Below, piece by piece: positions 29,272 through 39,111 of a stretch of DNA of 64,000 bases (the first letter of the stretch is position 1; every line of letters starts with the position of its first letter). The notes below the pieces were generated by a model. It was not told the origin of the DNA. It ran no database searches and was given only the letters and a program-made list of their open reading frames with translations. The stretch comes from Candidatus Cloacimonadales bacterium (GTDB taxonomy: Bacteria; Cloacimonadota; Cloacimonadia; Cloacimonadales; JAFGVF01): contig OY759729.1 in NCBI GenBank assembly GCA_963662585.1, positions 3,168,001 to 3,232,000 on the forward strand. The letters run 5' to 3'. The translations under genes were made by a program, and so were the position numbers.

Positions 29272-30038
29272 AAAAGGTTTATTTATTAGTAATTATTGTC
29301 TCGTTAGCTTCTGTATTAATGGGGATTTCTGAGTTTAAATCCATTACTAGTCCTACTGCAAGTGCTCTTACTAGGGGAGATTATAACTTCGAAACAAAAT
29401 TCTATGGCGATAGTAGCATGAGATTAACTTCTCATATAGGGCTTTTTGAAAGACTTTCAATAGGTTTCAGTTATGGTGCTGAGAACTTTGTTGGCAACCA
29501 AGAACCTGATTGGTATGATCATATTGATTTTAAAGCAAAGTTCCAAATCTTAAAAGAAACAGTTAATATTCCAGCTTTAAGTGTTGGTTTTGATTCCGAA
29601 GGACACGGCAAGTGGGTGGAACGCTATAATCGTTATGCGATGAAATCACCTGGTTTCTATGCTGTTATTGGGAAACAAGATCTTTTCTTAAGAGGTTCCC
29701 AGATAAATTTCGGAGTAAATAAATCTACAGAAAATGATGATGGTGATAAAGATTTAAACAGTTTTATTGCTATTGGTCAAAGTATCGGAGAGGACCTAAA
29801 TTTCACCTTAGAATATAATTTGGCTTTTAATGATAATTCTGAAAACTCTAGTAATGAGCTTGAGAAATATGGTGATGGCAGAGGTTATCTAAATTTATCT
29901 GCTGGTTGGTATATTGTTCCAGATTTGCAATTTAAATTCACTGTATTTGACTTATTCCGAAATGCACCAAACTTTGATTATAATGAAACTATAACTTTAG
30001 ATAGATCATTCCAAATTATCTATACTACTAAATTTTAA
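29268..30038 (+). CDS. Putative outer-membrane beta-barrel protein
   Basis: Signal peptide, PTA motif, alternating aromatic strands, C-terminal Phe. Confidence 0.55.
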   Translation: MKKVYLLVIIVSLASVLMGISEFKSITSPTASALTRGDYNFETKFYGDSSMRLTSHIGLFERLSIGFSYGAENFVGNQEPDWYDHIDFKAKFQILKETVNIPALSVGFDSEGHGKWVERYNRYAMKSPGFYAVIGKQDLFLRGSQINFGVNKSTENDDGDKDLNSFIAIGQSIGEDLNFTLEYNLAFNDNSENSSNELEKYGDGRGYLNLSAGWYIVPDLQFKFTVFDLFRNAPNFDYNETITLDRSFQIIYTTKF

Positions 30039-30046
30039 GAGGTAAT

Positions 30047-30259
30047 ATGAAAAAGAGAATTACTGATAGACTGAACTTAAATAAAACAAATTATATTCTT
30101 CTCACAATAGCAATCGTAGTGATTATTATTGGTTATATTGTGATGCAGTATGGGGGAGATGATTTAGGTGATAAGACTATATCTCCTATCATCTTAACTG
30201 TTGGCTATATCGTGCTTGTTCCTTTAGCATTATTCTATAAAAAAAGAGAAGATGAATAG
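30047..30259 (+). CDS. Small two-TM membrane protein, DUF3098-like
   Basis: KTNYILL...IIGYIVM...ISPIILTVGY. Confidence 0.65.
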   Translation: MKKRITDRLNLNKTNYILLTIAIVVIIIGYIVMQYGGDDLGDKTISPIILTVGYIVLVPLALFYKKREDE

Positions 30260-31133
30260 TTTAATTACTGAAAAAGTAGCCAAAACACTTGATGCCTTTC
30301 ACTTAAATGTAAAAGAGATTGTGGAAGGCTTTATGGTTGGTTTACACAAATCTCCTTACCATGGATTTAGTGTAGAGTTTGCTGATTACCGTCAGTATAT
30401 TCCTGGTGATCAGATTAAGGATATCGACTGGAAGCAATATGCCAAAACAGATAGGTATTATGTCCGGAGATTTGAAGATGAAACTAATGTAAATGCTTAT
30501 ATCCTCGTAGATCATAGTAATTCGATGAGCTTCACATCGCACAATATCCACAAACTTGATTATGCTAAAACTTTAGCAGCAGCATTAACTTATCTAATAA
30601 ACAAACAAAATGATGCTGTCGGATTAGTCACTTACAATGAAGATATTTCCTATTGGCAGCCACCAAAAACAAATCAAGCCTTCATTGCTGGAATATATAA
30701 AAAGCTTTATGAACTTGATGCTGGGAATATGACTAATAGTATAAAGGTACTACATCATATTGCTGAAAAAATAAAGAAGAGAAGCTTAATTATTATAATA
30801 TCTGATTTGTTAGATGAAGCAGAAGAATTAATAAAGGGTTTTAAGCACTTTAGATATTTAAAGCATGATGTGATAGTATTTCATATTGTCGATGATCAAG
30901 AAGTTGAGTTTAACTATAAAAAAGAGACAATCTTTATTGATTCAGAAACTAAATCTGAGGTAAGGGTATTCCCTTGGCAAATAAGGGATAATTATCAAGC
31001 TAAATATAGTGATTTTTATCAGAATATCAAGGAACAATGCTCTTATGCAAAAATAGAGTTCGTTACTTTTACTAGCCAAACACCCCTAGAAGAGAATCTC
31101 CTAAAGTACTTAATTAAAAGAAGTAAGTTGTAA
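30252..31133 (+). CDS. DUF58 (VWA-like) protein
   Basis: GLHKSPYHGFSVEFADYRQYIPGD, IDWK, DHSNSM, IISDL. Confidence 0.92.
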   Translation: MNSLITEKVAKTLDAFHLNVKEIVEGFMVGLHKSPYHGFSVEFADYRQYIPGDQIKDIDWKQYAKTDRYYVRRFEDETNVNAYILVDHSNSMSFTSHNIHKLDYAKTLAAALTYLINKQNDAVGLVTYNEDISYWQPPKTNQAFIAGIYKKLYELDAGNMTNSIKVLHHIAEKIKKRSLIIIISDLLDEAEELIKGFKHFRYLKHDVIVFHIVDDQEVEFNYKKETIFIDSETKSEVRVFPWQIRDNYQAKYSDFYQNIKEQCSYAKIEFVTFTSQTPLEENLLKYLIKRSKL

Positions 31134-31168
31134 GATTAATCTTTTACTCTATAAGTAGAAATTAATGC

Positions 31169-31198
31169 TTGACAAATAATTAACTGATACTTAAGTTA
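31169..31198 (+). promoter_or_regulatory. sigma70 promoter overlapped by a TAACT-N8-AGTTA inverted repeat
   Basis: TTGACA (31169) - 17 bp - TAAGTT (31192); palindrome 31181-31198. Confidence 0.55.
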
Positions 31199-31227
31199 GC
31201 TTTAATAATGAATAGGAGATTAAGATT

Positions 31228-31938
31228 ATGATAGGTGCAAGAATAAAAGATATTAGAAAAGCACGGAACATCAAACAGATTGAACTGGCAGGAAGATTAG
31301 ATTTAAAAGCTTCTGCTCTATCGCAGATGGAATCTGATAAAATTAAACCTTCAATAGATACAATGAATAAACTATGTAATTTGTATGGTATTAATTTACA
31401 CTGGCTAATCACAGGTAAAGGGAATATGCTGGTTGAAGGCTCTAAAGTAGAGGAAATTGATCATTTAGAGAAAGTTCTAGATAATCACATTCATAAAGTA
31501 ATTGAAGCAAAAATGAAGTTTTTCGATGATTCAATGATCACAATTCCTATTTCGGGTGAGATTTCCGCAGGTATCCCTATCGAAACAAAACATCAAGATT
31601 ATGGAGATGTGAAATTTAGTCGTGATCAGATTCATGGAAAAGCAGAAAATTACCTTTGCCTCAAGGTTAATGGTAGTTCAATGGAACCAGTTATCAAAGA
31701 TGGTGATGTTATATTGATAGAGAAATCTAACGACTGGGAAAGAAGTAATGGGAAGATTTGTGCGGTTAGACTTGATGGTGAAGTAACATTAAAGAAAATG
31801 AAACTTGACAAGATTAGTCGACAACTATTATTAATACCATTGAATGAAGGATTCGAAACAATTGTTGTTGAACCTGAAGATCATGCTGATTGTTCCTTAA
31901 TAGGAATAATGACATTTTTATACAGGAAGTTTGAATAG
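31228..31938 (+). CDS. XRE-HTH + S24 peptidase repressor (LexA/CI-like)
   Basis: N-terminal HTH_3; ISAG cleavage site, GSSM catalytic Ser, VTLKK catalytic Lys. Confidence 0.9.
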   Translation: MIGARIKDIRKARNIKQIELAGRLDLKASALSQMESDKIKPSIDTMNKLCNLYGINLHWLITGKGNMLVEGSKVEEIDHLEKVLDNHIHKVIEAKMKFFDDSMITIPISGEISAGIPIETKHQDYGDVKFSRDQIHGKAENYLCLKVNGSSMEPVIKDGDVILIEKSNDWERSNGKICAVRLDGEVTLKKMKLDKISRQLLLIPLNEGFETIVVEPEDHADCSLIGIMTFLYRKFE

Positions 31939-31949
31939 GAGAGTTAAAT

Positions 31950-32303
31950 ATGGCTAAAAGAGAGCTTACGCAAAAAGAGTTAAATAGTATATCTAAGAAT
32001 TTATTAGAAAAATACACCAATATGGGATTTGTCCCTTATATTGAAGATGATGACCAAGAAAATGAAATTCTATGGGGCACTGAATCTCAGGTTCTCTATG
32101 ATAAAATTGATACTAATGGTGGCAATGCTACTAATGTTCCTAGGATTCATTTTTGGGCTAGTATTCACATGATTTATGCCAATTTTTTATGGATAATTCT
32201 TTTTGTAGCTTTAGTAGTATTTACTATACTATTAATGATGTATGATTTTGATATTTCCAAGCTCTATCGTGCTATCAAAAGTCTATTTTACGATTATGTT
32301 TAG
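31950..32303 (+). CDS. Hypothetical protein with C-terminal TM segment
   Basis: RBS AGGAG; 117 aa; hydrophobic FLWIILFVALVVFTILLM. Confidence 0.7.
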   Translation: MAKRELTQKELNSISKNLLEKYTNMGFVPYIEDDDQENEILWGTESQVLYDKIDTNGGNATNVPRIHFWASIHMIYANFLWIILFVALVVFTILLMMYDFDISKLYRAIKSLFYDYV

Positions 32304-32442
32304 CCTGTATCATGTAATCAAGCTTCACGAAAATACAACTTAGAGACAAAATTAATAGCTTAGAATTTAAAAAATTCTTTAGTTATTGACAAAAATACAA
32401 GAAACAATTATATGGCGTCAAGTTTTGAAAAAGGTGGTTCTT

Positions 32443-32901
32443 ATGAGAATACTTCAAATTAGTGACTTTATTGATGAAACAAGAATTAAAGACTTAGAGT
32501 CTGATAATAAAACAGATGCTTTGAACGAAATGATTGAATTAATTTCAACATCAAGCAATATCAAAGATATTACTTCATTTAAAAAGGCAATTTTTAAAAG
32601 AGAATCATTAATGAGTACTGGTATAGGTTTGGGTATCGCAATCCCTCATGCAAAAATTGCAGAATGCGAAGATTTTGTTATTGCTATAGGAAGACTCAAA
32701 AACAGTATTGAGTATGAATCTCTTGATGACAAACCAGTTAATTTAATTTTCATGATTGGAGCTTCTGATAAACAAGATAAAGAATATATTCGTTTATTAT
32801 CTCGCTTAGTTTTAAGATTGAAAGATAATCATGTTCATAAGGAACTTTTAAAAGCTAAAGATAGGTACGAAATCTACTCCATAATAACTTCTGCTAAATA
32901 A
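32443..32901 (+). CDS. PTS EIIA (Ntr/fructose-type) domain protein
   Basis: RESLMSTGIGLGIAIPHA phospho-His motif; start moved to ATG 32443 after AAGGTGG. Confidence 0.92.
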   Translation: MRILQISDFIDETRIKDLESDNKTDALNEMIELISTSSNIKDITSFKKAIFKRESLMSTGIGLGIAIPHAKIAECEDFVIAIGRLKNSIEYESLDDKPVNLIFMIGASDKQDKEYIRLLSRLVLRLKDNHVHKELLKAKDRYEIYSIITSAK

Positions 32902-32906
32902 TTCCC

Positions 32907-34142
32907 ATGTCAGAAGTTTCCTTAATCTTTTTCTTCCTAGCAGTTTCTCTTCTTTTATCTATACTTACAAGTAGGGGAGTCTCTCTTCTTAAAGCTCCTC
33001 TTCTCTTAGGTTATATTATAACAGGAGCAATTGTAGGAATTGTATTAGATCTCTCAATCCCAGTAAGCAATCCTTGGCAGTTCAGAGTTGATGATTATGA
33101 AATAGTGAATATTATCACTCTTTCACTCATAGGTTTTGGTATTGGTACAGAATTAGAGTACAAAGAACTAAAGAAGGTTGGTAAAACTGTATTTTGGATA
33201 ACCATCTTTGAAGCTACTCTTACTTTTATCGTTGTTAGTTTAGTTATATCATTTCTACTTCATTTCTCGATGGGATGGAAGATTGCTTTACCTTTAGGAC
33301 TACTCTTTGGCTCCTTTGCTTCAGCAACTGCTCCTGCAGGTACTGTTGATGTTATTAAACAATATAAAGCTTCTGGGAGCCTAGTAACAACCTTGTATGC
33401 AGTTTTAGGCTTAGATGATATCTTTGCTCTTCTTATCTTCACTATAACCCTTCCAATATCCATCATGCTGTTAGGCTCTAATGAATTAAGTGTCGCTGTA
33501 GCTTTATTTCATTCCCTGATAGAAGTTTTACTATCAATCTCAATAGGCTCAGCTGTAGGTTATGGATTAGCCTATTTCGGGAAGAAAGTACATGAAAAAT
33601 TTATGGTAACTTATCTTTCTTTAGGTAGCATTCTTTTAATGTGCGCAATAGCTGAACAACTAAACTTATCTCCAATTTTGATAAACATGTTTGCTGGTAT
33701 TGTGGTTGTAAATAAAAGTAAGCTTATTGCTAGGAAATTAAATATGGCACTAACAGATTGGTCTCCACCAATCTATGTTTGGTTCTTCGTTTTGATAGGA
33801 ACAAGACTTGATTTGCAATTGATTCATAAATTCTGGTTATTGATTGTAGTTTATATTATTGCAACTATGGTTGGTAAGTATAATGGAGCTTATCTAGGAG
33901 CTGTAGTTTCCAAAGCGCCTACTAAGATAAGAAGATATTTAGGTTTTACTCTATTATCTCAAGCTGGGGTGGCAATTGGTTTATCAATAGCAGCAAGCAA
34001 GTATTTAATGTCTGCAGGTTATGAAGCTGAAGCAAAATTAGTTACTTCAGTAATGACAATGACAACTTTTTTAATCATGATGATTGCCCCTAATTTTGTA
34101 AAATATGGGCTGATCAAATCAGGTGAAGCAAAATTAAATTAA
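32907..34142 (+). CDS. Cation:proton antiporter (CPA2/NapA-like)
   Basis: GFGIGTEL, SATAPAGT, LGLDD, GKY, LSQAGVAIGL; multiple TM. Confidence 0.9.
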   Translation: MSEVSLIFFFLAVSLLLSILTSRGVSLLKAPLLLGYIITGAIVGIVLDLSIPVSNPWQFRVDDYEIVNIITLSLIGFGIGTELEYKELKKVGKTVFWITIFEATLTFIVVSLVISFLLHFSMGWKIALPLGLLFGSFASATAPAGTVDVIKQYKASGSLVTTLYAVLGLDDIFALLIFTITLPISIMLLGSNELSVAVALFHSLIEVLLSISIGSAVGYGLAYFGKKVHEKFMVTYLSLGSILLMCAIAEQLNLSPILINMFAGIVVVNKSKLIARKLNMALTDWSPPIYVWFFVLIGTRLDLQLIHKFWLLIVVYIIATMVGKYNGAYLGAVVSKAPTKIRRYLGFTLLSQAGVAIGLSIAASKYLMSAGYEAEAKLVTSVMTMTTFLIMMIAPNFVKYGLIKSGEAKLN

Positions 34143-34169
34143 ATTTAGAGTTATAATATAGGAGTTATT

Positions 34170-34487
34170 ATGTACATGATATTTCAACTATTTGATGAGA
34201 AGTTTATATCAGATGTCCTTATGGCAATAGCTGAAGCAGGTGTAGAAGACACCATTGTGCTTTCAGGTGAAGCTACTGGACATAAGCTAATATTTGACAA
34301 CCCTCTTTTTGCCTCCTTCAGAGATACCTACGGCACCCAACGCGATTATGGGAAAGTAATCATGGGTTTTGCAGATGAAGAGCAAGTTGAGTTTATTATT
34401 GACGAATTAAAACATGCAGGAATTGACATTATTGGTAAAGAATTAGGTAAAATAATTCTTATCAATTCACACAAGATTTACGAGTAG
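34170..34487 (+). CDS. PII-like (GlnB-fold) small protein
   Basis: 105 aa; DVLMAIAEAGVEDTIVLSGEATG, T-loop-like PLFASFR, C-terminal GKII as in PII GKIF. Confidence 0.55.
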   Translation: MYMIFQLFDEKFISDVLMAIAEAGVEDTIVLSGEATGHKLIFDNPLFASFRDTYGTQRDYGKVIMGFADEEQVEFIIDELKHAGIDIIGKELGKIILINSHKIYE

Positions 34488-34492
34488 ATTAT

Positions 34493-35692
34493 ATGGAACA
34501 ATATCTTTTTTTAGGCTTTATTGGAGTCGCAATCTTAATCTCCATTTTGATGGCAAAAGGAGTTTCCTATTTTCATGCACCTATGGTATTGGGATATATT
34601 TTTGCTGGTGCAGTTATAGGACAGACTATTTATCTTCTTCATATAGATATTAATTATGATACATTTGATTTAATCAATTCAATAACTCTCTCTCTGCTAG
34701 GTCTGGGTATTGGAACTGAGCTGAAAATTAAAGATTTAAAAAAGCTAGGTTCGGGTATTATAATTATAGTAATTTTAGAGGCTACAGGAGCATTTCTGTT
34801 TGTAGGTACTGTAGTATATTTAGTTACTCATAACCTTTCATTAGGACTCATTTACGGTGCTCTTGCTAGTGCTACAGCACCTGCTGGTACCACTGATGTT
34901 ATTAACCAATATAAAGCTTCAGGAAATCTTACCAAAACTCTTTATGCTGTTATGGGTTTAGATGATATATATGCTTTATTGCTCTATTCTATAACAATTC
35001 CGATAGCCATAATTCTATTAGGTTCTCATGAATTAACAGTAGGGCATGCTCTTTTAGAAGCAGGTAAAGAGTTGATTTTAGCAATTGGCATTGGTGTGGG
35101 TTCAGGTTTCTTTATTGTCTGGATTATCAAGAAAATACACGATAATATTATTATGTTATTATTTGCTCTCGGGATGCTCTTTGTTAATTGTTCAATCGCA
35201 ATAGGCTTAAACATCTCGCCGATTCTTTTAAATATGTGTGTAGGTATAGTTTTAGTTAACAGAAGTAGTTTACTTTCCAGAAAGTTGAATACTTCTCTTA
35301 GCGGATGGTCTCCACCTATTTATGTTATATTTTTTGTCTTAATAGGAACCAAATTAGATTTTCACATGATTTATGCTAATTGGATTATGATTGTGATTTA
35401 TATTCTAACTAGAACTTTTGGGAAATGGGGTGGAGCCTTCTTAGGATGTAAAATCTCCCATGCTCCAAAACTAACAACCCAATATCTAGGATTCACTCTC
35501 TTATCCCAAGCTGGTGTTGCTATTGGTCTGACTTTAGCAACCGCGCATTACTTAATTAATGCTGGTTTCAAAGATGAAGCAGGACAGCTTGTTAGTATCA
35601 TGGTTGGAACTACTTTCTTGATTATGTTAGTTGGACCTGCATCAGCTAAATATGGATTAAAGAAAGCAGGTGAAATCAAGAAGTTAAGCTGA
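34493..35692 (+). CDS. Cation:proton antiporter (CPA2/NapA-like), paralogue of 32907-34142
   Basis: GLGIGTEL, SATAPAGT, MGLDD, GKW, LSQAGVAIGL. Confidence 0.9.
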   Translation: MEQYLFLGFIGVAILISILMAKGVSYFHAPMVLGYIFAGAVIGQTIYLLHIDINYDTFDLINSITLSLLGLGIGTELKIKDLKKLGSGIIIIVILEATGAFLFVGTVVYLVTHNLSLGLIYGALASATAPAGTTDVINQYKASGNLTKTLYAVMGLDDIYALLLYSITIPIAIILLGSHELTVGHALLEAGKELILAIGIGVGSGFFIVWIIKKIHDNIIMLLFALGMLFVNCSIAIGLNISPILLNMCVGIVLVNRSSLLSRKLNTSLSGWSPPIYVIFFVLIGTKLDFHMIYANWIMIVIYILTRTFGKWGGAFLGCKISHAPKLTTQYLGFTLLSQAGVAIGLTLATAHYLINAGFKDEAGQLVSIMVGTTFLIMLVGPASAKYGLKKAGEIKKLS

Positions 35693-35711
35693 AATTAAAT
35701 TAGTTGTTAAT

Positions 35712-35737
35712 GTAGGGCGAAACATTTTTCGCCCTTC
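35712..35737 (+). repeat. GTAG REP-like hairpin, same family as 4606
   Basis: GTA-GGGCGAAA-catt-TTTCGCCC. Confidence 0.65.
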
Positions 35738-35765
35738 TAAACAAAGAAAAGAATAAAGACTGCTT

Positions 35766-35813
35766 AAAACCCTTCTTAATCTTTAAAAGGATTGTCATAA
35801 GAAGGGGTTTTTT
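35766..35813. terminator. Bidirectional terminator
   Basis: AAAACCCTTCTTA...TAAGAAGGGGTTTTTT between convergent genes. Confidence 0.7.
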
Positions 35814-35839
35814 CTTATTGGAAGAATTATTATATAAAC

Positions 35840-36658
35840 TTAATTTAAATCATTATCCAAGAAAAGCTGATAGAGTTTATTCTTTTTTAAATTATACTCT
35901 TTGCTCATCTCTTTAGCAATACTGCTTACAGATTTCCCTGCAGAAATTAGTTTTTTAGCTTCTTCCAGAATCATCTCATCATTGATTACTTTTTCTTTAC
36001 AGCCCTCGATAACAACCACAAATTCACCTTTCAAGGTTATTTCTTCAAAATTGGTTATAAAATGTGAGATTTTTCCTCGATATACACTTTGGAATAATTT
36101 ACTAATTTCCCTAACAATGGCAATTTCTCTATCACCTAAATACTCTTTAAACTCCAGTAATGTTCTTTCTAAACTATGAGGCGAAACATAAAAAATAAGA
36201 GTTTCAGAATGTTGCTTTAACTGGTCAAATAAGTGCAATTTATCTTTATTTTTCTCTGGCAAGAAGCCACAAAAGGTGAAACTATCTGTGCTAAGTCCTG
36301 ATAAAATAAGAGCAGGTATGGTTGCAGTAGCTCCAGGTAAAACATCGAAAGAAATATTATTACTAATTGCTTCTTTGATTAAATATGAAGATGGGTCAGA
36401 TATCCCTGGTGTTCCTGCATCGGATATCACTGCTAATTCAAGACCCTCCTTCAACTTAGTAATAAGTTCCTGAGAGCGTTGGCTTTCATTAAATTTATGA
36501 TAACTGATTGTAGGGGTATTGATTTCAAAATGCTTTAACAACTTTTTAGATGTTCTTGTATCTTCACAGGCTATCAAATCAACGCTTTTTAAAATTCGAA
36601 GTGCTCTTAAAGTAATATCTTCTAAATTTCCAATAGGGGTAGGTACAATATATAACAT
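35840..36658 (-). CDS. rsmI: 16S rRNA (cytidine1402-2'-O)-methyltransferase
   Basis: LYIVPTPIGNLEDIT, CEDTR, SDAGTPGISDP, REISK, KGEFVV. Confidence 0.96.
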   Translation of the reverse strand: MLYIVPTPIGNLEDITLRALRILKSVDLIACEDTRTSKKLLKHFEINTPTISYHKFNESQRSQELITKLKEGLELAVISDAGTPGISDPSSYLIKEAISNNISFDVLPGATATIPALILSGLSTDSFTFCGFLPEKNKDKLHLFDQLKQHSETLIFYVSPHSLERTLLEFKEYLGDREIAIVREISKLFQSVYRGKISHFITNFEEITLKGEFVVVIEGCKEKVINDEMILEEAKKLISAGKSVSSIAKEMSKEYNLKKNKLYQLFLDNDLN

Positions 36659-36675
36659 AACTTCCTTAAAAAATA

Positions 36676-36713
36676 TATTGCTGAGGTGTTTTCAAGCTAA
36701 CCTCAGCAATATT
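36676..36713 (-). terminator. Intrinsic terminator after kbl
   Basis: ATATTGCTGAGG...CCTCAGCAATAT with A tract on the plus strand. Confidence 0.65.
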
Positions 36714-36727
36714 TAATATCTATTTAA

Positions 36728-37915
36728 TTAGATGATATTCATCTCTTTACCGATTTCGATGAAAGCATTGATTGCTTTGTCTAACATTTCTTGAGTGTGG
36801 GCTGCAGATAGCTGAACTCTAATTCTAGCTTTTCCTTTAGGAACTACCGGATAAACGAATCCAATAACATAGATTCCTTTGGCAAGAAGTCTATTAGCTA
36901 ATTCAACAGCTTTAGGAGCATCATAAAGCATTACAGGAACAATAGCAGTGTTTCCTTTAACTATATCGAAACCTGCGTCAATCATTTTACTTCTGAAGTA
37001 ATTAGCATTATCCCAAGTCTTTTGAATTATAGAAGGATCGTTTTCTAACAATTCAATAACTTTAAGGGTTCCACCAACAACAGAAGGGCTTACAGTGTTT
37101 GAGAATAAATAAGGACGAGATCTCTGTCTTAATAATTCGATAATTTCTTTTCTACCAGAAGTACATCCACCATTAGCTCCACCTAAGGCTTTACCAAAGG
37201 TAGTTGTAATGATATCTACTCTTCCTTCAACTCCACAAGCATAGTGAGTTCCTCTTCCACCAGTTCCTATATAACCAGTAGCATGAGAGTCATCAACCAT
37301 TACTAATGAGTCATATTTATCAGCTAAATCACAAATCTCTTTTAATTTAGCGATATCTCCATCCATGGAAAAAACACCATCAGTACAAATGAGACGATAT
37401 TTTGCATCTTTAGCTGCAATAAGTTGTTCTTCAAGCTCTTCCATATTAGAATGTTTGTATCTGTATCTTTTAGCTTTACATAATCTAACACCATCAATAA
37501 TGGATGCGTGATTTAACTCATCAGATATTATAGCACAATCTTCATCAAGAAGTGGTTCAAAGATTCCGCCATTTGCATCGAAGGCCGCTACATAAAGAAT
37601 TGTATCTTCAGTACCTAGGAATTTAGAAACTTTCTCTTCTAATTTCTTATGAATATCTTGAGTTCCACAAATAAATCTTACTGAAGATAAACCATATCCT
37701 CTCTCAGACATTATCTCTTGAGAAGCTTTTACCACTTCAGGGTGGTTAGCTAAACCTAAATAGTTATTAGCACAAAAATTGAGAACTTCTTGTCCATTCT
37801 GAAGCTTAATACTGCCACCTTGAGGTGAAGCGATGATTCTCTCTTCTTTGTACAATCCTTGTTCTTTTAATTCAACAAATAGATTTTGTAAGTCTGTTTT
37901 CATTTGTTTGAACAT
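36728..37915 (-). CDS. kbl: Glycine C-acetyltransferase (2-amino-3-ketobutyrate CoA ligase)
   Basis: NFCANNYLGL, SVRFICGTQ, LNHASIIDG, DDSHATG, TFGKALGG, RQRSRPYLFSN. Confidence 0.96.
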   Translation of the reverse strand: MFKQMKTDLQNLFVELKEQGLYKEERIIASPQGGSIKLQNGQEVLNFCANNYLGLANHPEVVKASQEIMSERGYGLSSVRFICGTQDIHKKLEEKVSKFLGTEDTILYVAAFDANGGIFEPLLDEDCAIISDELNHASIIDGVRLCKAKRYRYKHSNMEELEEQLIAAKDAKYRLICTDGVFSMDGDIAKLKEICDLADKYDSLVMVDDSHATGYIGTGGRGTHYACGVEGRVDIITTTFGKALGGANGGCTSGRKEIIELLRQRSRPYLFSNTVSPSVVGGTLKVIELLENDPSIIQKTWDNANYFRSKMIDAGFDIVKGNTAIVPVMLYDAPKAVELANRLLAKGIYVIGFVYPVVPKGKARIRVQLSAAHTQEMLDKAINAFIEIGKEMNII

Positions 37916-37939
37916 CTTATTCCTCCAATAATTTCTTTA

Positions 37940-38650
37940 TTATTTACTGTTAATAATCTCTTTCATTTCTGAAACTGCATTTCCTAATCCGGTAAATACA
38001 GCTTTCGATATTATAGAATGACCTATATTATATTCTGTGAATATATCTAACTCCAAGAGGGGAAAGATATTTTTGTAATTTAAACCATGTCCAGCGACAA
38101 CTCTCATTCCTGCCGATTTGATAGCTTTAGCTCCTTTTAAGAGACGCTTCAATTCCTCTTCATAATCACCTTCTTGGAATTTTTCAGCATATCTACCTGT
38201 ATGAAGTTCAACAGCATCAGAACCACATTTTGCTGCTAATTTAATCATTTCAAGGTCAGCTTCTATGAATAAACTAACCTCTATTTTAGCATTTTTAAGT
38301 TGTTCTACTACTTCCTTAACTTCATTAGTTATTAGAAGACCACCCTCTGTAGTAATTTCTTCCCTTTTTTCTGGAACAAGTGTTACTGTATCTGGTTTAA
38401 TTTGCTTAGCTATTGTTACCATTTCAGGGATTGGTGCCATTTCTAAATTGAGCTTAGTCTGAACTACCTCTTTTAAAATTTGTACATCTCTGAACTGAAT
38501 GTGTCTTCTATCTTCTCTGAGATGAACTGTGATCTGATCAGCACCATTTTGCTCAGCAATAAAAGCACCATAGACAGGATCCGGTTCAATCCCCTTTCTA
38601 GCTTGTCTAATCGTCGCTATATGATCTATATTTACACCTAAAGCAATCAT
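37940..38650 (-). CDS. pdxJ: Pyridoxine 5'-phosphate synthase
   Basis: LGVNIDHIAT, HLREDRRHI, TTEGGL, ELHTG, AGHGL, NIGHSI. Confidence 0.97.
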   Translation of the reverse strand: MIALGVNIDHIATIRQARKGIEPDPVYGAFIAEQNGADQITVHLREDRRHIQFRDVQILKEVVQTKLNLEMAPIPEMVTIAKQIKPDTVTLVPEKREEITTEGGLLITNEVKEVVEQLKNAKIEVSLFIEADLEMIKLAAKCGSDAVELHTGRYAEKFQEGDYEEELKRLLKGAKAIKSAGMRVVAGHGLNYKNIFPLLELDIFTEYNIGHSIISKAVFTGLGNAVSEMKEIINSK

Positions 38651-39004
38651 TATATATCTCCAAATTATTGTTTGTGTTTAGATAATTATCCTTAGCTAAA
38701 TTGGCAAGAAAAATCTCTAAGAAATTTTATTAAGTAATAATGAATTCTTGATTCTAAGAAAATCTAAACTTTATTAGTTTCTTTATCAGAAAAGTTACTA
38801 AAGATTTAAGATTTGAATATTTGCTTTATCTTACATAAAAATAAAGCAAAAGACCTTATGAATAGCAGTATATTTATCTGCCAAAGTTTATCCTAAGAAC
38901 TAAGGCTTATAATTAAAATTCTATTGCACTATCTGGGTAAATAGATCTATAAATGCAAGTAGTGCCTAATAGTTAGCTTTAACTCGATCTCCCTTTTATT
39001 TTCA

Positions 39005-39068
39005 CTGCTCCTTCTCAGCTATCACAAATAATATTTAGCATTGTATTGACATCAGTGAGAAGGAGCAG
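39005..39068 (-). repeat. 64-bp dispersed element, copy E2 (perfect 14-bp terminal inverted repeat)
   Basis: ACTGCTCCTTCTCA (39004-39017) / TGAGAAGGAGCAGT (39056-39069); aligns with E1 and E3. Confidence 0.8.
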
Positions 39069-39111
39069 TTGTGGAGCAAAGAAAGATAAAGGAATACAAG
39101 TTGTAACATCT

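Noticed and set aside
31228..32303. Prophage
   Set aside because: Only a CI-like repressor; no integrase, cro, replication or structural genes, and no att duplication.
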